A stretch of DNA of 63,982 nucleotides, counting the filler, from Chiloscyllium plagiosum (lineage: Eukaryota): the NCBI RefSeq assembly GCF_004010195.1. It is 4 parts of one record of this genome, joined end to end, with 100 filler letters (N's around TTAATTAATTAA, not from the genome) between each part and the next. Parts side by side here need not be neighbours in the genome. Positions count along the whole stretch, not along the records: positions 30,831 to 55,672 come from NC_057710.1; positions 55,773 to 62,847 come from NC_057710.1; 2 more parts are not named here. One strand, given 5' to 3'. Below the pieces are notes generated by a model. The model saw nothing but the letters and a program-made list of their open reading frames with translations, had not been told where the DNA came from and ran no database searches. Made by a program: the position numbers and the translations under genes. Shown here piece after piece: positions 50,261 through 62,947 of this stretch. The number at the start of each line of letters is the position of its first letter. Within the stretch, counting starts at the first letter, position 1.

Positions 50261-50929
50261 ATAAGATTTCAAATCCTCCTCCAAATTGAACTTCAGGTGG
50301 TGGGGGTGGGGTGCAACTGTCTTGAAGCTGGAGAAGCTATCGAAAATGTGGCATTGATGAATTTTGTCTTGAGAGGGTTGCACAATTTGAAAAGGACCAT
50401 CTGTCTGCAGGTGGAATAGTTTATGGTTCAGAACTGCCTACAATCTCCCAGTTTGTATTCTGAGGAAGACAGTTTCTCTGAACTTACCTCAATTGATGGT
50501 GATGCCCCTTATTCTCCTTGTTTTTGTTTCCACAATTGGATAAAACATTGGCAGCAGCTATAGCAAGCTCTGAAGAATCCTTGCTAACCTCTGAGGAGAA
50601 TGACAGGCCCCAGAGGGCAATGTGTAACATCTTTGCTCAGCACCTAGAATCAACATAGATACAAGCATTTAGGTGCTTTTAAAGGACCGTACAATGATGA
50701 GAATTCATCACAACAGAAAACCAGCTGTCAGGGACTGAAATAGCACAGGCCTCTGGCATTGAGAGAAATATTGGAAGTGGGCCAGATGCCAAGCCTCTGG
50801 TGTCATCATCAGGCGGTAGATGCTGGATGATCAGCATAAATTATGTGGAAATGTGGTAAAGGTTTCACTGTGATTATGTCTATGGAATGGACATGCAGGA
50901 TTCCATGCAGTCCATTAATACTACCAAAG

Positions 50930-51240
50930 AATCCCTACTGTGTGAAAACAGGCCATTTGGCCCAACAAGTCTGCACTGACCCGCTGAAGACCATCCCACT
51001 CAGACCCATTCCCCTGGCTCATGCACCTATCCTACACATTCCTGAACACTATGGGCAATTTAGCATGGCCAATACACCTAACCCGTACTGTGAGAGGAAA
51101 CCAGAGCACTCCGAGGAATTCAGGGCAGACATGGGGAGAATGTGTAAACTCCATACAGACAGTCGCCCATGTCTGGCATTGAACTCAGGTCCCTGGCACT
51201 GTGAGGCTGTAGTGCTAACCACTGAGTCACCATGCCACCC
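50930..51240 (-). mobile_element. HE1-type V-SINE, decayed
   Basis: Head GGGTGGCATGGTGACTCAGTGGTTAGCAC, with V-domain and tail. Confidence 0.85.
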
Positions 51241-51409
51241 ATCATACACTCTACAGAAAGTATGATACCCTCCATTAAGAGACTAGTAACTCTCATCTCT
51301 ATGACTCTAAATGGACAAACCTTGACCAAATGGTTAAAATTTTCTTCAGGATCTGGGCTAGCAAGCCATTGAATTTGCTGCTGGTATGTGGGCTTGAGAC
51401 AGCAAAGGA

Positions 51410-52580
51410 GTCATAGTATCATAGAGATGTACAGCATGGAAACAGACCATTCGGTTCAACTCGTCCATGCCAACCAGATATCCCAACCCAATCTAGTCCC
51501 ACCTGTTAGCACCTGGCCCATATCCCTCCAAACCCTTCTTATTCATATACCTATCCAAATGCCTTTTAAATGTTGCAATTGTACCAGCCTCCACCACTTC
51601 CTCTGACTGCTCATTCCATACACACACCACCCTCTGCGTGAAAACATTGCCCCTTAGGTCTCTTTTATATCTTTCCCCTCTCACCCTAAACCTATGCCNN
51701 NNNNNNNNNNNNNNNNNNNNNNNNNNNNNNNNNNNNNNNNNNNNNNNNNNNNNNNNNNNNNNNNNNNNNNNNNNNNNNNNNNNNNNNNNNNNNNNNNNNN
51801 NNNNNNNNNNNNNNNNNNNNNNNNNNNNNNNNNNNNNNNNNNNNNNNNNNNNNNNNNNNNNNNNNNNNNNNNNNNNNNNNNNNNNNNNNNNNNNNNNNNN
51901 NNNNNNNNNNNNNNNNNNNNNNNNNNNNNNNNNNNNNNNNNNNNNNNNNNNNNNNNNNNNNNNNNNNNNNNNNNNNNNNNNNNNNNNNNNNNNNNNNNNN
52001 NNNNNNNNNNNNNNNNNNNNNNNNNNNNNNNNNNNNNNNNNNNNNNNNNNNNNNNNNNNNNNNNNNNNNNNNNNNNNNNNNNNNNNNNNNNNNNNNNNNN
52101 NNNNNNNNNNNNNNNNNNNNNNNNNNNNNNNNNNNNNNNNNNNNNNNNNNNNNNNNNNNNNNNNNNNNNNNNNNNNNNNNNNNNNNNNNNNNNNNNNNNN
52201 NNNNNNNNNNNNNNNNNNNNNNNNNNNNNNNNNNNNNNNNNNNNNNNNNNNNNNNNNNNNNNNNNNNNNNNNCCAACTCCTGTACTCAATACTCTGACCA
52301 ATAAAGGAAAGCATACCAAACGCCTTCTTCACTATCCTATCTACCTGCGATTCCACTTTCAAGGAGCTATGAACCTGCACTCCAAGGTCTCTTTGTTCAC
52401 CAACACTCCCCAAGACTTTACCATTAAGTGTATAAGTCCTGCTAAGATTTGCTTTCCCAAAATGCAGCAGCTCATATTTATCTGAATTAAACTCCATCTG
52501 CCACTTCTCAGCCCATTGGCCCATCTGATCAAGATCCTGTTGTAATCTGAGGTAACCTTTTTCGCTGTCCACCACACCAC
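51410..52580 (-). mobile_element. CR1 3' portion with N gap (51699-52272)
   Basis: Same subfamily as 37021-38400 and 4543-5463. Confidence 0.9.
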
Positions 52581-52639
52581 CTACTAGACCTAACCAGAGT
52601 AAGAGAACTGATAGGCTGATACCCTTGAAAAGTCCACCT

Positions 52640-55430
52640 ACATTTGGTTTGAAACAATTAAATTGGTTCTGATTTGGATGTTGCTAAACAATCAAAATAA
52701 ATGTCTGGTTAAATGGTCCTGTGGTTCTAATGGAGGTCGATACTGGTGCAGCCATTTCAGTGATCACAGAACCAGTCTTTACCAAAATTCGCTCTTGTCT
52801 CCAACCCTTAAGTTTGCACAAGATCTTGGTTCGACTAGAACCCATACTGAGGAACATTTACAAGTTAAGGGCACAACTTCGGTTCTGGTCTCTTATGAGA
52901 AACAGCTGATTCAATTTCAGTTGATTGTTGTAGAAGGCTCAAGATTGATGGGGCAAAATTGAGAAAGATTCACCTAGATTGGCTCAAAGGTTTTTGATTA
53001 TAAAATGGCTGCATGCGTGAAGTCCTAATTAAATACCTTGACGTTTTTCTGGAAGATAGAGGGAGTATCAAAGGAGCCAAGGCATGTTGACCAGGCAACA
53101 AATCCACAATTCTACAAGGCCTGCCCAGTGAGATTTGCCTTATGAGCAAAAGTAGAGACAATTCAGAAGGCTGGAAAGGGAAGAATCATCAAACCAGTCC
53201 TTTTTTCAAATGGGCAGCATCAGTCATTCCAATTGTGAAACCTGACGGGTAGGTTCACCGTTATGAGGATTTTAAACAAATGGTAAACCACATTTCACAG
53301 CTGGATATACCCTATCCCTCACATAGAGGAATTATACACATAGGTGGCAGAGGGTGCTGTACTTCACAAAACTAGACATGAGCAGTGTATACTTGCAATT
53401 GTGGTTCAGTGAGGATTCACAAAGGTTTGCTATAATTAATATCCATAAGGGTTTGTACCAATGTTCAAGATTGCTATTTGGGGTATCGTCAGCCTATACA
53501 ATTTTTCAGTCAATGATGGAGAACATTTTACAAGGTCTTCCCAGGACGCCATTTATTTGGATAACATGCTAATAACATGGAAGACCACTAAGGAGCACTT
53601 AGACAACATGGACATAGTCTGACATTTCTCCCAGATGGGTGAATGCTCAGAAGGGAAGAATGTGTTTTCCAAGAGACCTACTTGGGCTAGAGAGTCAACA
53701 AGACCAGATTACAAATGTTGGAAGACAAAGTGAGGATGATCAAAGGTGCCATAGCTCCCACGTCTGTACTGGGGCCGAGGTCTTTCCTTGGGCTGGTGAA
53801 CTATTACGGAAAGTTCATACATAACCTAGTGTCCTTCCTGGCACCTTTGCATCAACTCTTTAAAAAGGGTGAACCTTGGAAATGGTCACATAGCCATGCC
53901 ATAGCTTTCAGGGAAGCAAAGAAACAGCTATCATCCTCTAAAGTGTTGGCACACTGTGATCCTGAACGAGAAGCATTGGGATAGAATTGAGTCATATGTT
54001 GCCCAAGAGGGAGAATGTCTAATATCATATTCATTCAGGACTTTGCCCAGACAGAGAAGGAAGGCTTTGTAGTCATATTTGGAGTCAGGATGTTCCACAA
54101 TAACTTTACAGATGTAAATTTGTAATAATAATGGACCAGAAATCCCTGCTAGATCTACTTAAAGAGCACAAGGCAGTGCCGCTCATAGCTTCAGGCAGAA
54201 TTCAGTGGTGAGTTCTAATACTAAATGTGTATAGTTACAAGGTGGAACACTGTCTGGGAGGCCAAGTACCAAATAAAGATGCATCACTGGTGGTACTGCC
54301 ACTGGAAGAGTCCATAACGGTTTTACATTTTCTGGACACACTTCCAGTCACAGCTGACAAGACTTGAGTTTGAACGCAGAAAGATTCAATCCTGGCAAAA
54401 CTGAAACAGATGGTGGTGATGGCAAAACCAAAGGGCTGTCACAACCAGAACTGAAACCTTTTTGGACCCAGAAAGATCAGATCACAATATTAATATGGGG
54501 AGCAAGAATGATTGTCCTAAACAAAGGTCGTTGCCAGATATTGGCTGAACCCCTCCAAGGTCATCCAGGGATTTCCAAAATGAAGATGTTGGCAAGAAGT
54601 TTTGTCTGGTGGCCAGGAATGGATACTGATATAGCTGTGTTGGTGGGCAAAATGCCAACAACGGCAAGAATCACTGCCTGCAACTCCCCCACATTCGTGG
54701 CAATGACCAGGTAAACCTTGGACATGGTTACACGTCAACTATGCAGGTCCTTTCATGGCCTCAAAGTTATAAGTCATTGTGGATGCTCACTCAAAATGGG
54801 TGGACCTGCATAGAGTTCATTTCTCAAACACGGGGATGATGATAGAAAAACTGGGTACAACTTTTGCAATACAGACTCTCTAAAGTGTTGGTTACAGATA
54901 TTGGGCTATCATTTACCAGCAGGGAACCTGAGTATTTCCTGAAGACAAAATGGTACTCTGCCATATAAGGACAGCTCCAACCATTCATCATCCAATGGTC
55001 TGGCAGGAAGAGCAGTCCAACATTTGAAGGCAAGTTTAAAGAAACAGCCTACAGCTTCACTAGATACCAAACTGTCCCATTTCCTATTTGATTATAGGAT
55101 CACCCCTCATGCAATTACAAGGATAGGTCCACCAGAGTTGCCAATGGGGAATACGCACCAGGTTAAATCTGATCTTTCTGGACCTAGGGGGCGAGGGTGA
55201 AACAGCTTCAGGAACACCAATCCAGGATACAAAACTCCACTAAGCAAGAGTGACAGTTAACTTTAGGGGATGAAGTGGTGTAGGAACCACGGGAATTGCA
55301 ATGTATGGGTAAGACACATGGTCGATATGAGGTCAGGTCTAGTTCTGTATAAAGTTCGGGTAGGTGCAAAGGTCCTGAACAAGCACATGAGTCATATGAA
55401 AGTTGCAAACTCGCAAACGTTACAGGAGCT
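52640..55430 (+). mobile_element. Decayed Ty3/Gypsy LTR retrotransposon pol (protease-RT-RNase H-integrase)
   Basis: VDTGAAISVI; FTKLDMSSVYLQ, HKGLYQCSRLLFGV, YLDNML; SFLGLVNYYGKFI; GHPGISKMKMLARSFVWWPGMD; HSSSNGLA. Domain order is Gypsy type. No LTRs identified. Confidence 0.88.
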
Positions 55431-55672
55431 AAAGTGCTACAGAAAGTGTATGACATGCTTGCATTTATTGGTAAGGGAACTAGGTACAAGAGTCACGATA
55501 TCATGTTGCAGCTTATAAGACTTTGGCTAGGCCACACTTAGAGAATTGCCTTCAATTGTGGTTGCCACATTACAGGAAGGATGTGAAGGCTTTGGAGAGT
55601 GTGGAGAAGAGGCTTACCAGGATGCTGCCTGGATTAGAGGGTATGAGTATAAGAAGAGGCTAGAAAAACACA
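55430..55672 (+). mobile_element. CR1 fragment ending at a spacer
   Basis: TLARPHLENCLQLWLPHYRKDV. Confidence 0.75.
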
Positions 55673-55772
55673 NNNNNNNNNNNNNNNNNNNNNNNNNNNN
55701 NNNNNNNNNNNNNNNNTTAATTAATTAANNNNNNNNNNNNNNNNNNNNNNNNNNNNNNNNNNNNNNNNNNNN

Positions 55773-56025
55773 ACTCCACCCTCTCCTCCCTGACCTATCA
55801 CCTTCATCCCCTCCCCCACTCACCTATTGTACTCTATGCTACTTTCTCCCCACCCCCACCCTCCTCTAGCTTATCTCTCCACCCTTCCGGCTCACTGCCT
55901 TTATTCCTGCTTTTGCCCGAAACGTCGATTTCAAAGCTCCTTGGATGCTGCCTGAACTGCTGTGCTCTTCCAGCACCACTAATCCAGAATCTGGTTTCCA
56001 GCATCTGCAGTCATTGTTTTTACCT
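55773..56025 (+). mobile_element. Penelope-like 3' end with the hammerhead 5' core deleted
   Basis: Matches 30601-30730, then GCCCGAAACGTCGATT and the terminus. Confidence 0.75.
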
Positions 56026-56026
56026 A

Positions 56027-56420
56027 GAGAATATGAGATGCCAAGCTGCCTTTGAAAAGCTAAAAGCCATTTTAGTCACTGAGTCTGTGCTTTCATCTCC
56101 AAAAGTAGCCATTGATCGAGGTAGGGACTGTCCTCTTTCAGAAGATGAATCCAGAAGAGAGAGATTAATCAGGTACTTCTCTAAAATAAACAAATAATAA
56201 GGTAGTACCATAGAGAGAAGGAAACGTTTCCTTCATGACTGGCTCTCAAACTCTTTCAGATATATGTCCAAAATGAGACCACAGTCTACATTGATCATAG
56301 CCTGTTAACTCTTTCTGAAATCTTTAAGACCCAGAGCACTCGATTATTCTGTTAGAGTTTGTACCTTCCATCATTCATCAAAAAATCAAATGTGATTGCA
56401 GATGCCTAGTCCAGAACCTA
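56027..56420 (+). mobile_element. Gypsy-type RNase H remnant
   Basis: CQAAFEKLKAILVTESVLSSP..RLIRYFSK..IDHSLL..NVIADA. Confidence 0.6.
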
Positions 56421-57428
56421 GAAACACTTGATTAGAGCTGAAGAGATATAATTGAGGAAGAATTAATCTAATTTCATTTGTTATGCAGGTATGTGTCATA
56501 ACCCTGCATTACCGATGGACATAGCTAGAAGTTGACTGCAAATTTAGTAGCCACCTGGTGAAGCAGTTTCTGAATGGTGACACTCAATATCTCAAGGAAG
56601 TTCCAAAGGGAGAAAATAGTACTATGAACTGAACTTGTAATATGAATAAAAGAAAAAAGTGCTGGAGAAACTTTCAGCTTGAGTTGTATTTTCTGTGCAC
56701 CCCTTCAAACCTCTCAGCAATCGCCACCAAATCTCTCTTCCCCACCAAACATCTCCACCCCATCACTCCATCAGCTCATTAATTACAAAGCTCCAGGAAG
56801 TCCCACCCTCCTCCCTGACCCTCTGTCCTTTCATCCAAGTTCATTCCACATCATTTTGGAGATATCAAAGCAGAAACATAGACCAGAACTATTAAAAGAT
56901 ACATTTTTCCGTGGAAATTTTCCAGTTATGAAGAGCCATATCAGACTAGAAGTGTTAACTCTGATCCCCTCTCCACAGATCCTGCCTGACCTGCTGAGAT
57001 TACCTAGCACTTCATGTTTCATTTCAACTTTCTAGTGTCTGCAGTGTTTTGTCTTTACTTAAACTTGTAATGTCCTGGGAGTATCAGACAGTGAACATGA
57101 TAGCAAAAAAACAATAGTGTAGGAGGGACGCATATTTACATATCTCCCCCTTTTAAGAATATGAGGGAAGTAACCCTCAACTCTGGCCTCATGTGTTAGC
57201 ATCTAACTTCCTATTGCATGAACTAGTGTGCTATAAGGGCCACAGCTTTGAGAACAGACATTTAAAAACTCATGCATTGCAGGTGGAGCAAAAGGCAAAG
57301 ACGCCTTCTCATTACAAGTGCTGCCAAACGGAATCAGAACAAAACAGTTTCAATCAACACGCAAAGCCAAAAAACTTAAAATTGGCTGTTCCACTCCCAT
57401 TGCAACAGTCTCAATATTCAACAAGGCA

Positions 57429-58105
57429 AAAGTGAGGACTACAGATGTTGGAAACCAGAGTCTAGATCAGAGTGGTGCTGGAAAAGCACAGCAGGTCAGG
57501 CAGTGCCTGAGGAGCAGGAAAATCGACATTTCGGGTAAATGCCCTTCATCAGAAATGGAGGCAGGGAGCCTCCAAGGTTGAGAGAGTGGGGGGTGGAGGT
57601 ATGACTGTGGAGAAGTTAGCAAAGAGTACAATAGGTGAAGGGGGGTGGAGATGGAAGTGATAGGTCAAGGTAGGGAAGAGGGTGGGGGAAGGTAGCAAAG
57701 AGTACAATGGGTGAATGGGGGTGGGGGTGGAGGTGATAGGTCAGAGGGGATGGTGGAGTGGATAGGTAGCAAGGGAGATTGGCAGGTAGAACAAGCAATG
57801 AAGATAGTGCTGAGCTGGAAGGTTGGAACTGGGGAGAGGTGGAGGAAGGGGAAATGAGGAAACTGGTGAAGTCCACATTGATGCCCTGGGGCTTGAAGTG
57901 TTCCAAGGCGAAAGATGAGGCGTTCCTCCAGGCGTCGGGTGGTGAGGGAACAGCGGTGGAGGAGGCCCAGGACCTGTATGTTCTCAGCAGAGTAAGAGGG
58001 GGAGTTGAAATGTTGGGCCACGGGGCGATGTGGTTGATTGGTGCGGGTGCCCTGGAGATGTTCCCTAAAGCGGTCTGCAAGGAGGCATCCAGTCTCCCCA
58101 ATGCA
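57429..58105 (-). mobile_element. Penelope-like element 3' end: GIY-YIG endonuclease, purine/pyrimidine-biased tract, terminus with hammerhead motif (57521-57555)
   Basis: IGETGCLLADRFREHL..AQHFNSPS..LIFRLGTLQ, followed by CTGATGA-A-GGGC-ATTT-ACCC-GAAATGTC. Confidence 0.85.
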
Positions 58106-61100
58106 TCGGGAACTAGCTGTTCTTCATGAACAGAGAGGAATAAGCATTTTTGAAAAATCTTTAGGTCTTATTTCTAATCTAAATGTGTGTATGTTGCATT
58201 ATTACTTCTTCTTGTGTTTAAACTCATTCTTTTTGAACTTTTGTTTTTAAGAAATTAGTTCCTTTTAAAATATTTGTTGGTTTGAGTCTGGGAAAATAGG
58301 ACGGGAACCTTTTAAAATTAACTTTGTTGCAATCAAAGGGAGAGAGCTGGTGAATAAACAAGGAGGACTAGCTTACTGGGATCTTAACCAAGGTATCCCG
58401 TCTGGAACGGTAACAAATTAAGGAAATTTGCCGAAATACTGGTCACAACAAAATAACAGACACTTTTCTGGGACTGTCCCCATGATCTTCAGTGGGCACC
58501 ATTGTTGCTAACCTTCTATGATCTCCTTTTAGGTCAGGCAGAAGGATTTTTTTGTTGTTATGTCTCAAGCACTTCCCCCTTGTCCTCTGGCAGCCTGAGA
58601 GGGGACTGTGCAGGGAGGTATCACTGAACGATGCAGCCAGTCTATGTTTTTGCTCTGATGTCTAGAACTGATGTGTTATGGTCTTGGATGAGTGGAAGGT
58701 GGTGGGGAGGAGTGGGGTGAGGCTCCTGGGAAATTATTAATTAATGAGGTAGTGATTTGATGGAAGGGATTGGAATGAAGGAGTGAACAGATACAGTGGC
58801 TCAGAGTTTGTAAAAAGGAAGGAGATTAGAGATTTGGAGTTTTGGAGTGAAGAGTCCCCAACTTGTCCAGGTGGATCCTTTGTAGCTCACCTGGACCTGA
58901 CAAAACATGAACTGATTTTGGGATCCTCCAATGGAAAACTGTCCTTTCCATGCAACTGCATGGCCACTCTTTCTGGCCTTTAAACTATCAAATTGACCAT
59001 GAGGTGCCAGCTTCTGGCATGAAAGTAGAAGTCATTCTATCTTCCAGTTATGCCACTGGGAATGATGCACCACTGGTTAAATTTCACCATGGGTGTCACT
59101 CCAGAGTGACTCCATCATGGAAGCCTTCAGCACTGCACCTGAAAATCTGAGAGCCCTTCCTCTCGCTCGTTTCTCTACTTTCTAGGCTCTATATTCTATC
59201 CAAACTTTCCACAGATATTTACAGCCTGACTCTGACTCTGTTCAGTGAGTCCAGGTCCCTGTTAAGTGGGACAGATGAACCATGTGTTGTGCCAGTCCTG
59301 ATTACACCTGGCACTCCTCTGTGTATGCAGCCAGTCAGCAGTATGCTTTGTACTGGCATGCACGCTGAAAACATTTAGATGAATAAACAGCACAAAGTTT
59401 ACCTGCCACTTGCTTCAATGCAACCTGACATGGGGTAATTGCACATTGCTCGATTACAAGGCTAGATTCAACTTTACCCCCAGCGTTTCTCTGCTGCTGC
59501 TGCTATTACTTTATAAATAAGTCTACATTCAGTCAATTACTGCAGAGCAGGATGTGTTTGTGTGGCTTCAACTGACTGTTGGTCATAGGTCTCATGTACC
59601 AAGGGCAAATCAATGCAGTTAATTGGAGCCAATTAAATACATACTGAAGTATGCAAATAATATCTACCAGAACTCAGTGGACTGTTTGCAGCAAGGCCCT
59701 GAAAGTGCAACGTAACTCAGAGAAACATTTGTAAGATGCAAAATAGGCAGATACAACTTCCATCTGATTTTCCTTTCACATCCACTGAAAATAGTAAGGA
59801 ATTTTATCCTCAGTTTTTTGCTGTTAGGTTGATTCTTAATTTATATCTGAGCTGAATTTAGCAGACAACTGAAATTTAGGTTTCAGGATTCAGGTATTTT
59901 ACTATAGGCAGCAGTGAGATTATAAAAATATTTTTTACCTAAGTTAATATTCGTATACCCTGGTAAGGACAACAGCCACGAGTAAATCAAGCATGTTAAA
60001 TGCAATTACACATACTTCTTTTGATGTTCCTCCATGTGAAGCATCACTAATTCCCAAACAGATACCTGCAGGGTCCACTATCAAGAACATCTGCTTTGGA
60101 CAACGATAAATGAACCATATACACTCACCACTGAACAGACACTTAATTAACTGACAGAAATAGGAAGCAGACAGAAATGCAATTATATATCCAATTTGTC
60201 AAGTAAGTTCCAAGCTAAGTAATGCATCAGACATCCACTCAGTGTTGATTCTGGACTTTTATTGCATTTCAACTGCTTGAAAGTTAATTGAAAAATATTG
60301 CAGTGATAGCTTTATTTGGTTTTTAATTAATTTCTTCTCTATTCTCATGCCTCCTTATTTTAGATCTTCTTGCTTGAGAACAGCTTCACCACCAGATTTC
60401 TGACACCACTCTCCAAAGGCCTTTCCTCATTTTCTAACCCACGGAAGCCATGTATGTAACAAGGTATAGCTCAGCCGGAGGCCAGTGACTAATGACAAGC
60501 CATTTAAATTGAGGATATATCATAATTAAGCCTGCCCTGCCCTCACCCACGATCCAGGAAAAATCACTATTCCAGCTGGAGTTTCTCAATCAGTCAGAAA
60601 GTGAATCCTATCAATTACCCTGTTGTGTCCTCTTTCACCCTGCCAAATTACCACAACAAGCACCCCCGCCTTCATACACACAATCGCAACTATTTCTCAC
60701 AACATTGCTAGATCAACTAACTCAGCAGAGTGAGGGAAACTATTTGGCGCAGTTGATAACTTAACCAACAGATTGTAGAATATTTAAACATGTTCTTGCA
60801 TCCACTTGGCTAGCTGTAATTTTCCTCCTTTGTTGGCATATTTATGGCAACTCTGTCTTTGAACACTTTTATTATTCACTAGATGTTGTTTATTTTATTT
60901 TCAAACTAATAGCACCCTTGTGACCAATCGCGAAAAGCAAAGCCTTTAGATAAATGATCAGTCATTGTACAGAAAGGAAGCACGTACCATTTCAAAACAG
61001 AAAAAACAAAGCAAAAAATGCATGTGAAGTAGAGCTCTCAGATGTTGTCCCAACTCTCTGTTCCTGATATTCATACCCACTCAAGGTACAATTATTATAC

Positions 61101-62204
61101 TTGCCAGCATCACTCACACATTGACCAATGATCCCTTGAGGACTGCAAACAGATCACAAGTTAGATGAAAGAGCAAAAGATGCCTTCAAATAGTTTTGAA
61201 AAATGACGATTGTGAATATACATTATTCTGTTTGTGAGTATACTTTATTGATCCTTGTCAGTGCTCAAAACCTGACCGATTACTAAATACTCTCATCATG
61301 GACATCAACAGACCGAAGTTTTGGATTGCTGTTCAGTGGATGTGGTATGATGATTTCCAGAATAACAAAAGAAGAAAACAGCTTTCAATCCCACAACAAA
61401 ACTGCCTGTAATTCAGTCTTAATGTATTTTACGTTTCATAGAATGGCTACAATTTAGAATAAGCCTATTTGGCCCATCATGTCTGTGATGGATATCTGAA
61501 GGAATAATTTTCTTAGTACCACCCAACCCCCCGCCTTTTCCAGAGTCCTGCAAATGTTTTTTTTACTTTTTTACTTTTTGAAAACTTGAAATGACCTTAG
61601 CTCCATGACAAGATTCTCCCAAAACACACACTCACCCTCCAACATTATCAGATAATTGACTCATAAGTTTGCACAGAAAAAAGCTACCACCCTAAAAGCC
61701 AGCTGTTGCAGGCTTGTGTCACAGTGACTGTGCTCCTATGACATATGCACAAGACCAGAACTTTCTAACCAGGTAGTTATTATCCCATTTTCTCAGATCC
61801 CAATCCCTGATTCATGTTTATCAATTGACAGGTTTAATTACAATAGAATCCACTATATTTTCCATCATACAGTTTCTCCTGTATTTATAAAGCCTTAGGC
61901 TACAGATTGAATATTTGTTTTCGATTTGTTCATTACCAAAATTATAATTTTGCTCAGATGATTTTATTTTTTTCACATTGGAGAGTTAAGCTAGAATCCC
62001 TTTGAAATTGTACAATGTGCAGGCGGGAGAGAAATATTTGCATTGCAAGGGCAGAAATGTGCTGTAGCCATATTTCATAGTATGGTTATGAATCAACATT
62101 TGGAGGTTCTGCTTTTTAATTTAGCGCCAAATTGTTCAAAGTCTTGCAGCAGAGCTTCCTGTTTATCCTCATTAATGTCACTGTTAAGGGATGGATAATG
62201 ACAA

Positions 62205-62847
62205 TTGTCATGCAGGTAGACTGGGAGACTTTGTGGAGTGCCTCAGAGATGGATTCTTAGAGCAGCTGGTGCTGGAGCCGACCAGGGAGAAGGCAATTCT
62301 GGATTGGTATTGTGGTAACGAACCAGAATTGGTCAGAGACCTCGAAGTGAAGGAGCCATTGGGAAGTAGTGACCATAATACAATAAGCTTCAATCTGCAA
62401 TTTGAGAGGGAGAGGGTACAGTCGGAAGTGACAGTACTTCTGTTGAATAAAGGGAACTATGGAGCTATGAGGGAGGAGCTGGCCAAAGTTCAATGGTGCA
62501 ATACCTTAGCAGGGATGACCCGTGGAGGGACAATGGCAGATATTTCTGTGTATAATGCAGAAGTTGCAGGATCAGTTCATGCCTAAAAGGAAGAAAGATC
62601 CTAGGAGGAGGCAGGGGCGGCCGTGGCTGACGAGGGAAGGAAAGAAACATATAAAGTTAAAAGAGAAAAACATAGCAAAGATAAGTGGGAAAACTGAGGA
62701 CTGGGAAGCTTTTAAAGAGCAACAGAGGATTACAAAGAAAGAAATACGCAGAGGAAAAATGAGGTACGAAGGTAAACTGGCCAAGAATATTAAGGAGGAC
62801 AGTAAAAGCTTTTTTAGGTATGTGCAAGACAAAAAAATGGTTAGGAC
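62205..62847 (+). mobile_element. CR1 ORF2 fragment (end of APE and linker)
   Basis: EPTREKAILD, LGSSDHNTI and PWLTRE. Confidence 0.85.
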
Positions 62848-62947
62848 NNNNNNNNNNNNNNNNNNNNNNNNNNNNNNNNNNNNNNNNNNNNTTAATTAAT
62901 TAANNNNNNNNNNNNNNNNNNNNNNNNNNNNNNNNNNNNNNNNNNNN

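Noticed and set aside
27110..52575. Long ORFs containing X runs
   Set aside because: Their length comes from N gaps; the flanks are CR1.
52640..55430. Domesticated Gypsy-derived gene or endogenous retrovirus
   Set aside because: Many stops and frameshifts, and no env or LTRs seen.
55773..55902. True contig overlap with 30601-30730
   Set aside because: About 8 mismatches in 130 nt; more likely two copies of the same repeat at which contigs broke.
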